Part shown: positions 51,000 to 62,189 of the stretch, piece after piece
How the letters are laid out: each line of letters begins with the position of its first letter
How positions within the stretch are numbered: the stretch's first letter is position 1
NCBI GenBank assembly: GCA_015680685.1
Contig: MNCI01002977.1
Span: forward strand, 248,001 to 312,000
Length of the DNA stretch: 64,000 bases
DNA from: Gnetum montanum
Lineage: Eukaryota > Plantae > Gnetophyta
Direction: 5' to 3'
Position numbers and translations under genes: made by a program
Notes under the pieces: generated by a model
Databases searched by the model: none
Told to the model about the DNA's origin: nothing
What the model saw: only the letters and a program-made list of their open reading frames with translations

Positions 51000-53900
51000 C
51001 TCTCTAGATCTTCTATGTGCTAGATCTCCTTTAGCCTCACCCAGGCTTTGTCAACAAAATTACTATTGAAATAAGTGTAACAGATAGGATGAGGAGGAAT
51101 GAAAGCTTTTTTAATTAAAATAGAGGTATCAACCACAATAATGGGGAATGCCATCACCAAGGTAGCAGTATCCTTATAGGTAACCAGATCCATAGGAGTA
51201 CTATGTTCAGCAATCCATCGCCCCTAGAAGTTATGTAAATCATGCATCATTCCAACATCATTATTACCCTTTAGAGTACCACTGAACACATTCACCATCT
51301 ACTCAAGGAAAAAACCCATATCCATATCCTTATCATCCTCCACATCCCTTTGCACCTACACCTCCAACTTCAACTCAATTACCTCCTACTCCATCCATGC
51401 AGGGTGAAATTCCTCCACAACCACAACAACGAAATGCTACAAGGGTTGTACACTCACAACTAGTTTCTCAACCAAGTGGTTTGAATAATCGATTAAGGAA
51501 ATGACCTTTCTTCCAGCCTAGCAGTCCTCTCTAGCCATCACAACCTACTCTGGCTAATCTCCTTGCATCTCTAGCATCCTCATCCTCTACATCAAATACC
51601 TTTGACTTCCCTTCAAACCAAGTGCCACCTAGGATTTGTAATGTAATGCTAACTCATGCTATTTCTAATTGGATTCCTACAAAAATATTTGATCTAGAAA
51701 GTCCACTCATTTATCTACAGATTTTTGGACAAGAGCCATGCAAAGCTCTTCTTGACTCTAGTTTTGAAGTTAACCTCATCTCCCATGATATGTACAAGGC
51801 TTAGGACCTGCCACCTCCTAATAAGAGCAACATCTATTTAGAATTAGTAGATCAGGAGATTATTATTTCTTTGGAATTAGTAGAGGACATTGTTACCATA
51901 GTTTGTGGGTGGTCCTATCCTACTAATTTTCTAGTAATCAAGGTGGACAATTGCAAAAGTGACTTTTCCATCATTATTGGAAGGGCTTGGTTAAGCACAG
52001 TTGATGTGCAAATGGGAATAAGAGGCATATTCTTAGAAATATTCAAGGAAAATGAGCTAAGAAAAATAGAGAAGAATTGTATTCCATGCATCACGCATAG
52101 TGATAATGGGTGAAATTGCATGCAAATTATTTGGTCAATCGAAAGCACATACATTAGGGCATGCAATTAGTGTGCACAAGAGGTTAATATTCAATGGTGT
52201 CTGTATGTAGCAGTCACAAAGTAGGAGGGCACTTAGTGGCTGATAGCTGATTTAGATAACATAATATGCATGAAGCCAATTGAGAGTCTAACATGTGCAT
52301 ATGTTAAAGGCATGAACAAAATTGAATAAGTTCATTCCCAACTCTCTAATGAAGATGATGATACCTATTGGGGAGAGTTGGAGATCCTTGATCACTTCAA
52401 GCAAAAGCCCTTAGAACTAAAAAATTTACTAGCCAGTATGGAGTATGCATTTTTAAAGAATGGTAAACTGGCCATCATCAATGCCAAACTTGCTCCTAAA
52501 AAAAAAAGAAAAGTTGTTGAAAGTAGTGAATAAATGGTTAACAACCTTTTCTTGGTAATATCTAGAGTTAACAAGAATCAATCCAAGGATATGCTAGCAT
52601 TGCATCTACATTGACCTAGCCATGAAGCTTAGAAGATAGTTGTAGAGGTGGTTGAATCCTAAATTAAAATAAATCATCAAGGGGGAGATAGAAAAACTCA
52701 TCAAGGTGGGCATCATCTATCCAATCATGGATAGTGAGTGGGTTAGCCCACTCATAGTAGTACCCAAGAAGGGTGGAAAATAGTGGGTTTGCATTGATTT
52801 AGGTTGTTAAATATGAAAACATTCAAAGATCATTTTCCCTTGCATTTTTGGATCAAGTGTCAGATACCATATTCGGCCATTGTTATTATAGTTTATTAGA
52901 TGGTCATAATGGCTATAACCAAATCCAAATCGTGCTAGAAGACTAGGCCAAGACAACATTCATGAGTCCTTGGGGGACTTTTGCATATTGTAAGGTGCCA
53001 TTTGGCCTATGCAATGTTGCTGCAACATTTCAACGCTTGGTCCTAAGTATCTTTCAACAAAAAATTAGTAGTGGTATTGAAGTCTTCATGGATGACTTCT
53101 CCACTTATGGAGCTACATTTCAGCAAGCCTTGGACCAACTTGAGCAAGTATCGAAGAGATGTGTAGAGACAAATCTATCGCTCAACTGGCAAAAGAGCCA
53201 TCTCATTGTCCAAGAAGGCATAGTGCTAGGGCACTAAATTTTGTAGAAAGGGATTGAGGTAGACCCAAAAAAGATAAAGATCATCTAACGAATAACATGT
53301 CAACCAGAAACCGTTAAAGATGTCTGGTCATTCTTTGGAAACACTAGTTACTATCGACAATTTATTAAGAATTTCTCTAAGATTGCAAAGTCGTTGGTAG
53401 AACTTACAAAGAAAGATGCACCTTTCATTTGATCCAAGAAATGTGAACATGCATTCTAACAATTATAGGAGAAACTCATAGAAACACCAATCCTACAAGC
53501 ACCAGATTGGTCTAACCATTCCATATCATGATAGATGCATCTAACTATACTTTGGAAGTGGTGCTCATGTAGCTAGCTGATAAGAAATGTTCATAATATA
53601 TCCATTGCGTGAGTAGAAGCATTATGGGGGCACAGTTGAATTACACCACCACAGAGAAAGAATTAATGACAATGGTGTATGCATTAGAGAAGTTTAGACA
53701 TTATGTGCTAGGTTATAAGGTATTTGTACATACAGACCATAGTGTAACTCACTTCCTTATGAATAAGCCAATAGTGAGCCCTCGTGTTATATGGTGGCTT
53801 GTGATCTTGTAGGAATTCGATCTTAGTATGGTAGATTGAAAAGGGACCAAGAATATGATCATTGACCACCTTTCTTGCTTAAGATGGGATAACAAAGAGG

Positions 53901-54680
53901 AGGAGAGCCCACTCTTTGATCAGTTTCTAGATGAGCTTCTCTTTACTAGAGTAATAAGTGAACAAAGTCCTAAAAAAGCAACATGGTATAATGGCATCCT
54001 CACATATCTTCTCACTCAAGAGATGCCATAAGACTTGGATTTTAGGAATAAGAAACAATTTTTTCATCAGGAGAAATACTTCATGGAAATCAATGAACAC
54101 CTTTACAAGGTGTGTGCTGATGGCCTAATCCATTGGTGTATCCTTGACGAAGATTAACTGCATGTTATCTGGGATGGTCAGGAAAGGCCTTATTAAGGCC
54201 ACTATGCAGAGAGATGCATGATCATAAAAATCCTGATGGTAGGATACTATTGGCCCACAATCTTTAGGTATGCCCACTAGTTCATCAAGTCTTGTGAATG
54301 TTGTCAACATGATGGGGGGATGACCGCTCACATGGAAGATCCTCAACAGTGGATTCAACCATTAGAACCTTTCAACATATGGGGCATTGACTTCATGGGT
54401 CCCATCACACCCATGTCTAATGAGAAAGCGTATATTATAGTAGCAGTTGACTACTACACAAAATAGGCAAAAGCAATGGTTACTAATTGTACATCTTCCA
54501 TTGCTACCAAATTTATACAACAAAATATTGTGAATAGGTTTCGGATGCTGGTTCACTAATTTGTAATAATGGAACTCATTTCATAGGTGTCACATTTAGA
54601 AAATTAATGTAATTCTTAGGGGTTGAACATAAATTAACAACACCTTATCACCCCCAAGCCAATGGTCAAGCAAAGGTAAC
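51000..54680 (+). pseudogene. pol: Athila-like Ty3/gypsy gag end and pol (PR ~51690-52050, RT ~52560-53270, RH ~53500-53885, INT to 54680), cut by E3
   Basis: KALLDSSFEVNLI, IIIGRAWL, GIIYPIMDSEWVSP, PFGLCNVAATFQR, EVFMDDFS, NYTTTEKEL, WGIDFMGP, YHPQANGQA; no aRH. Confidence 0.9.
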
Positions 54681-56701
54681 TGATGAGTGGCGAGGTACCC
54701 CTACACTCAACCATATGAATACAAGCATAGCACGTGCAATCCTGTCGAACTTCGCAAAATAAGTGCCTACACGCCCCATGGAACACTCAGGGTTAATGAT
54801 TCATTGTCTTCCCAGACTTGTAGTTGTTACGGTGTATGGTTAAGTAAGTATGAGGTATATGATTTTTATAGCTTTTTATGTTTTTTTCTCCTATGCTATT
54901 GAGGTGAAGGGTTGAAGAGATTAACTAACTAACTCTAACTAATGAACTAAGTCTAAATTACCTAGCGTCAGCATCCATTCCCACTTATTGTACACACCCT
55001 GAATTGATGCAACCGTGGCTACCAAATGCTAATCGTTGCTTGTAGCGACCGAAAACGTCAGCGGCTGGAAGAACACTAGGGGTCAGCGGGCGCAACAGTT
55101 CAAACCTCGTATCTGCAGGAGGGTCATGCTAGGTGTGTGCGGACACAGGGTGCCTTGAAGGGTCTGGTCGATCAGACAGGGACTTACATGGGCATCAATA
55201 TAGCCTTTTGCAACGTAAATAATGCAAAATGCGAGATAATGCTTAAGGGTAAATGAAGTAGGGGAGAAACTGTAAAAATGTGACAGTAATACAAATTAAT
55301 GCTTAAAGGTGAACAAGATAGAAAATAATGCAAAAAAGAGACAAAAAATGAGAGATAAAGTAAAGTGTGGTTAGAAACATGCACCACTCCAAAGCTACAA
55401 ACTTGTTCAATCAGGATGGATACAATCAGCTGCACAGCATGACGGAGTACAGAAATATCGAGGGTAACCAAGGTGTGTTGAGTAAAAAGAGCTATGTGCT
55501 TGGACGCGGACTTGTGTACAAACAATGCAAGGTTCTACCAAGGTGGTAGAATGGAGACGGGGACCTCATGCCAGCCAAGAGAGACTCGTTGTTTACAGTG
55601 TTCGATAGATGACTTTGATATTACAATGCTGGAGAGAGGGGAAATGTTTATTTTAGAATTTCAAAGTTCCCACGACTTGGAAGCTGTCTACTTCAAGAAA
55701 GATGCGAACTCTTTTGAAATTAACAACTTTAAAAATTGTGGGCTTTTTTGCATGCTATTTGCTAGGGTATTTATAGGATTGAGGGCATGCAAAAGGGGTG
55801 GTTTGAATGTTACATGCCTCGGGCCTTGGTTGTCTTGCTGGTGCGACTCATGTCATTTGTGACCATTGGACCTATAAGACCATTGCAATGCGAACTTGTA
55901 TGCAATAACTGCAATCCTACTACGCCGTAATTGCACCATCAGCGTTTGGAGACGTGTGCCAACAGTTCGATTAGGTGGAGTGCATTGATGTCGCACAAAC
56001 ACCTGTATGCCTTGCTGTGCTTTATGACGTAGCATGCTTGGCGTAGCATAGCACTTTGTCACATGTTCTACTATATGTCACATGCATAGCATAACAACTT
56101 GCCTTAGTTGCGAAAGCTTTACTAATTTGCAAACCTTGTCTCCTGCAATGCAAGTCTTGCGAACTTCGTTGACTCCACCTTTCGAACTACCTTCTGTCTC
56201 TTCCACAGGATTGCTACACCTTGCTATGTCATGTAGCTTAGCATAGCGTAGCAGCAGACATGGTTTGCCGCTTCTTGATGGGAAGGGACATCACTGTAGA
56301 ACTTGAAATTGGGCAAGGGGAGTGGGTAGTGAAGTCATTGTCATGCTACGCTGTGTGACATCACGTAGCATAGCACTTCGTTCTACCATCATCTTCTGAA
56401 GCTTGCTACACTACATAGCGTAGCAGGCTTCGTGACTTAGAAAACTTGTTGAACTATTTCTTGCGCATCTAGAATGCTACTGCCGATTTCGCACACTATT
56501 TCTGAGCAGGTTGTCGACTGTTTAGGCTACTTTGGTGGGCGGGTAGGATGGTACAGAACCTATCCATGCTCAAAGTAGAAAATTTTCCAAATTGGCTAGC
56601 CTGGACTCAAAACGTTCTCTTCTCGATGAACTACCATAGTGTTGCATGGACTACAAGAGGTTGGTGAAGCAAGGATGACCCCACATTTTTAGGGTGTTTC
56701 A
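54681..56701 (-). repeat. E3 3' LTR
   Basis: Starts tgatg where the Athila INT breaks and ends tgtttca next to PPT ttggtccctcttt. Confidence 0.85.
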
Positions 56702-57686
56702 TTGGTCCCTCTTTGTTGACATTTGGAGAACAGGCTCGATGGACGTTGGCAAAGAATACGAAACATCTCAGCAGGTGAAATGCTAAGGTTGTCGCTTGGT
56801 GAGTGCTGAGACGTCGCTTGGACGCACTTGAGAGTGTTGCATTGGTTTTGTGGAGGTTAAGGCAGAGAGCAAAGATGATGTTTATCCAAGTCCCTCATCA
56901 GAGTGCTATGAGGGGCTCATTTGCATTTTCATATTTGGTTGGCACTATTCTTCAACCTCTTGTAGGACAGGTGCTCCCTTCATTGGATGAGTTTCATTAC
57001 ATCCATGAAGGGCTTTGACCTACCTATGGATACCTTCCATATGGTGAGTTGTGTTGTGCATGTGCTGGAGTCTGCACTCTCAAATAGGCATGTTATTTGA
57101 GGCACTCACTTCACAACGTTGTAATGTTTGTTGCTATAACAAGATGCATTTGTGGGGACAAGGTCTTGATGGCTGCAGGCATTGTTGTTACTCTTGGGCA
57201 CTGTTGCTGGTGTGAGATGCCCAAAGCAGGGAGGCCAGTAGCAGGCTTGGCGATGCCTATGCAAAGGAGCTAGGTGCGGATGCCCTAGAATCCCTCTAGG
57301 GGTTTGCATTCCTAGTTCAGCCATGGGATTAGTTGCCACATAGCTAATGTTGTGCAAGCCCAGGTGTTGGCAGGGAGCTGGAGCAACAATATTATGGTTG
57401 GGCCACAATACTACCAAAACTCTAGATGCGGGAGCTAACCCAAGAACTATTGTCAAGGCAATGGGCCATGGCAATGGTAGGTTCAGAGGGTTAGCGTGAA
57501 GCCATACGGTGTCTTCAAAGAGTTAGCATGATGCCAAGGGTGGCAGCATTGCATATGTTCCAGACCATGTTCTTAGTGTGTCGTGAATGGCGTTCCAGAG
57601 CTATGACGTCCCACCCACTTATTAGCATCATGCCCACTTGTTCGGTGTGTATCTGGTGATGGTGCATGTTGGGGATGCGATGCAAA

Positions 57687-57933
57687 CCCAGTTTAAGATC
57701 TTGGTAGACTGTGTGTTGGTTTAAGGTCCCAGCAAACTGTACATGCCAGTTTTACGTCGTAGAGGACATGCAATGCCAGTTTATAGTCATAGTGGACTAA
57801 CAGTGCCATTTTTACATCGTAGCGGACGGTTGCTGCCAGTTTAATGCCATGGAGGGCATTGTTCAATGTCGCTAGTTTATCATCATTACGGATGCTACCT
57901 AGTGCGACTGCCAATTTATTGCCGTAGCAGATG
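57687..57933 (-). repeat. Pseudoknot-motif array H (8 units, variable linkers), ~24 nt after the INT stop
   Basis: Stems agtc/gact, cgtc/gacg (CpG-decayed), tgcc/ggca and catc/gatg, all with gcca-gttta(a/t) on the plus strand. Confidence 0.92.
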
Positions 57934-57956
57934 GTGCTTGTTGTTGGCGTTGCCCT

Positions 57957-60900
57957 TTAGACGTAGTATGGCTTGAGGTACGTGTGGTTCACCAAGTTGG
58001 CGAACTCATGGCCATCCATGTCCGCCAATTTGAAGGCTCCATTTCTGAAGGCTTTAGTGACCATGTAAGGTCCTTTTTAGTTGGCTGAGAATTTACTCAC
58101 GTGCTCACAAATGACCTTGAGGATAAGGTCTCCCTTTTGCACTGGCCGTTGATGTGGGTCTACATGGTGCTTCTGCTGTTGTTTGTTCTGATAGTGCTCG
58201 ATTCATCTCAGTGTCTGCATGCGTTTCTCCTCCACTGAGTTGAGGTCAATGGTCCGTGATTCGTTGTTCTGGGTTCGCTCATGACGTCGGACAAGATCAT
58301 TCGAAGTGAGGGTGCCTGCAACTCAAGAGGCAATATAGCTTCAGATCCGTAAATAAGATTGTAAGGGGTCTTACTCGTCGCAGTTCTACAAGTCGTTCGG
58401 TAGGCCCAAAGGATGTAGAGTATTTGCTCATGCCACCGCCTCTTGCTATTGTTAAGCATCCACTTCAGCAAGCTGATGATGGACTTATTTGTATCCTCTG
58501 CCTGCCCATTCACCTACGGCTAATAAGGGGAAGAAAATGATTGTTTAATGCCTAGATTGCTACAGAAGGTTCAGGTTTCCATACTGCTGAACTATGGCCC
58601 ATTGTCGGTCACAATAGTCATTGGAAGCCCAAACCTAGTTACGATGTTATTGAGGATGAAATGGCAAATTTGCTGAGACGTTGTTTTCCTTAGGGGAATA
58701 GTTTTCACCCACTTAGTAAAATACTCAGTGGCAGTGATAACGAAGCTATGCCCTACGGAGGACTTAGGCATGATAGGCCCTATGAGGTCTAGTCCCCATC
58801 GTTGAAAGGGCCATGTAATTTGCATTGGGTGCAGGTCTGTAGCTGCTATGTGTATGAGATTTTCATATCTTTGGCATGTATCGCATGTCTTAACTTTGGA
58901 CAGGTAGTCACACTTCATGTAGGGCCAATAGTACCCTAGGAGTCTGATTTTCACAGCCATAGCCCTGGGTGCTATGTGTCCACCACACAGCCCTTCATGA
59001 ACCTCATTAACTACCTTTTGTGCCTGCTCACCACCCACACATGCCAACAATATCCCATCGTAGGATCGTCGGCATAGGGAATCATTTTCCATGAGCATGT
59101 ATTGCCAAGCACACTTGCGAATTGCATCTCTGTAAGCCAATGTCAATTCACTTGGGGGTTCACCATGTTGTAAATAAGCTTTAATGTTATTGTACCACTC
59201 CAAGGTACCCGCAGCATCGACAGAGGCCACATGTTCCACTTGAGTGATAGGCTCTGTGCACTCTGTGATCGTAGTTGGAAGGTTTGCCAAGGAATGCAAT
59301 GGGATGTTTAACGTAAGGTTAGCTAAGGCATCTGCTACGGTGTTCTCATTGTGTGGCATGTGTTGCACATCAGTGGTCATGAATTGCTTCAGTAGGATTT
59401 TTGCTAGGTCGCAGTAGGGTTGCAGGTGCATAGCCTTACAGGTGTAGACTTCAGTGATTTGATTCACGACTAGTTGTGAATCTCCCCAGATCGCCAGGTG
59501 TTGTATACATAGCGCACAGGCAGTTAAGAGGCCTCATCCTCTTATATTCTACCATGTTGTTGGTGCAAGCGAACGCGAAACAATAAGTGGATCGGTGCAT
59601 TTCCCTAGAGGGGAATGTGATCGTGGCCGCGGTGCTACCTCCTCGAGTGGTTGAGGCATCGTCGAAGTGTAAGGTCACCTCAAAATGCGATGGGTTGATG
59701 GTGACATTGCTAACGTATTCATGTGGGAACTCGGGATCTATGGTTTCCTGGTTGTCGACTGGAGAAGCCGTAAGTTGGGTTGCTATGGCTTGACCCTTTG
59801 TTGATGATTGACTTACATAGCATAAGTTGAACTCTATGGTTATTGCTTTCCATCGAGCTATCTTGCCACTTTCGTATAGGTTGCTGGTGATAGCTCGGAG
59901 TATGCTACTTTTGCAAATGATGTTGGTTGTGCTGCGGAATAGGTAATGCCACCACTTTTTTAGTGCGAACACTAAGGCTAGGCAGTTCCTCTCCACCTTG
60001 TTGTATTTTTCCTCGTATGCTATTAGTGCATGGCTTAGGTCATACATTGGTATCTCAGAACCATCGTCCCGCTTCTGACATAGTAGTGCTGCTATGGATG
60101 TGTCGGAGGTGGCAAGGTATATGAAGAAAGACTTGTCCATTTGTGGCAGGTGCACCGTTGGGAGGTGTGAGAGCTCCTCCTTCAGGTTGTTGAAGGCTTT
60201 TTGACACTGGGCTGTCCACTCGAAGTCAACCCCCTTCTTTAGAAGATGTTGCACGGGGTGTAACTTGTCGGTCAACCTTGCTATAAACCTTCGAATGAAT
60301 TGCACTCTACCTTGTAAACCATGTAACTCCTTAAGGTTTGTGGGAGGTGCTAGGTTGACGATGGCCTTGACTTTGTCTGGGTCTATCCGTATTTTGGCCT
60401 CTGATACTACAAACCCTAACATGCATTTGGTCTTTACTTCGAAGACGTATTTCTTAGGACTGAGACGTAAGTCATGCATTTGGTAGCACTTGAGGACTAC
60501 CCCTAAGTCACATGGATGATCAGTTGCCTCCTTGGATTTAACTGCTATGTCATCTACGTAATCGTTTAATGTTTCTAGGATGTAGTTACTGAAAATGTAG
60601 GTCATGGTTCGTTGGTAGGTTGCTCCAGCATTCTTGAGCTCGAAAGGCATCATGGCATAGCAGAAGGTTCCCCATGGAGTCATGAAGGTTATTAATAGCT
60701 GGTGCTCTGGGTTTATGTAGATTTGGTTATATCTGAAGAATCCATCCATGAAGGATAGCAAAGCATGACCAATCATGGTATCAATGAGTTGATCGATGCT
60801 TGGGAGTGGGAAGTTGTCTTTGATCATTGCCTTGTTCAAGTCTTGGAAGTATATACAGATTCATATCCCTCGTGTTTTCTTTGAAACTACAATGATGTTG

Positions 60901-61290
60901 GACACCCACTCTGAATAGTCGACTGCGTGGATGAAACCTACTCGGTAGAACTTAGTGATTTCATCCCTCATAGCTAGTGCGATTTCTGTCTTAATCTTAT
61001 GCGTCTTTTGCTTGACTGCCTTTACATGTGGGTCTAGGATGATGTTATGCTGAATTAGCCATGGATCCAAACTTGGCGTGTCACTGTACGAGCATGCAAA
61101 AACATTGATGTGATCCTGCAAATTTTTAACTATGCCTTCATGTATTTGTGTGTCTAGGAGGGAGCTAAGTCTTAACGTCTTTACCTCCCTTTTTGACATG
61201 GTCATGGGTATCTCGACAAGAGGATCATCGGTTACATCCCTGGCCTCTAAATCTAGGGCTTGGACCAAGTGTCTGGGCCAATCCGAGGAT
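57957..61290 (-). pseudogene. pol: E3 pol: RT (YVDD), RNase H, aRH, integrase; few disruptions
   Basis: ORFs 60861-61268, 59451-60839 (462 aa), 58592-59467 (291 aa) and 58208-58513, with HEGLCGGH, WGLDLIGP, TDNGP. Confidence 0.97.
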
Positions 61291-61551
61291 TCTTCTAAGG
61301 CTGCTATAGTGTTAATTGTAGTCTACCCCCAGTCGATCATGTTGGGGTTCAACTGTCTCGCACGCTTGCCTTGTGGCCCTGCTAACATTAAAGGCATGGA
61401 AAGGGCACGATGGATTCCCATCTCTTGCTTGACCTACCATCATAAGATGAAAGGTTGGGTAAGGGTCATTAGAGATTGTGTGAAACACAAATCTGCAAAG
61501 CAATACCAAGATGCAACTTTCTAAGTAAGGCAATGTAAAGATTGAAAGTAG

Positions 61552-62079
61552 GCTAGTTTAAGGTCGTGGCAGACCGCCAAGGTGCGAGAGTGTAGAGTTG
61601 CTAGTGGAACATGTGCCTGTCGATATGCCAATGCCAAACTGCTAGTTTAGTGTCATCTCAGACTACCATATTGTGACATGCAAAATCTTGATATGCAAAA
61701 TAATAATAAAAAGAAGGAAATTGCGAGTACAAGGGGTATCGAACTTCCAGTGCGGGAATGAAGACATGAAATTGCTAGGAAATGTGATACCACCTACGTC
61801 GAAGCATATGAGGTAACTGTTGATGTTAGGATGTAGTTAGTTTAACGTCATTGTGGACTGCAAACATTATGGGTCGAAACTACTATTTTAGGGTCTTGAG
61901 GAGAGCAACTATGCTAGGCTTGTTAGTTTAAGGTCTTTTCGGACCGTTGCATAATAAGTTAAAGTGAAAGGCGACAATGCTAGTTTTAGGTCATTTCGGG
62001 CTATTGGCATAGCATGCCAGGAGAGCGGCATGTTAATAAAGTGGAATGCAACAGTGCTAGTTTTAGGTCATTTCAGTGT
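61552..62079 (-). repeat. Pseudoknot-motif array I (6-7 dispersed units in the PR-RT spacer)
   Basis: Sense ggtc-tgccac-gacc-ttaaac-tagc at 61552-61575; further units at ~61641, 61836, 61922, 61979 and 62056. Confidence 0.8.
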
Positions 62080-62189
62080 GTAGCATATCATGCTGAAAGG
62101 ATGGTATATTGACAAGGCAAGGAAATGGTGAATGTGCAAGGATAGCAGCTAGGCGGGAAGTCATAAGGCTACTACGCTATGCATAGTTG

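Noticed and set aside
56884-56918. Hammerhead ribozyme (CTGATGAG on the element strand)
   Set aside because: No correctly placed GAAA or stem III; the segment forms a simple hairpin.
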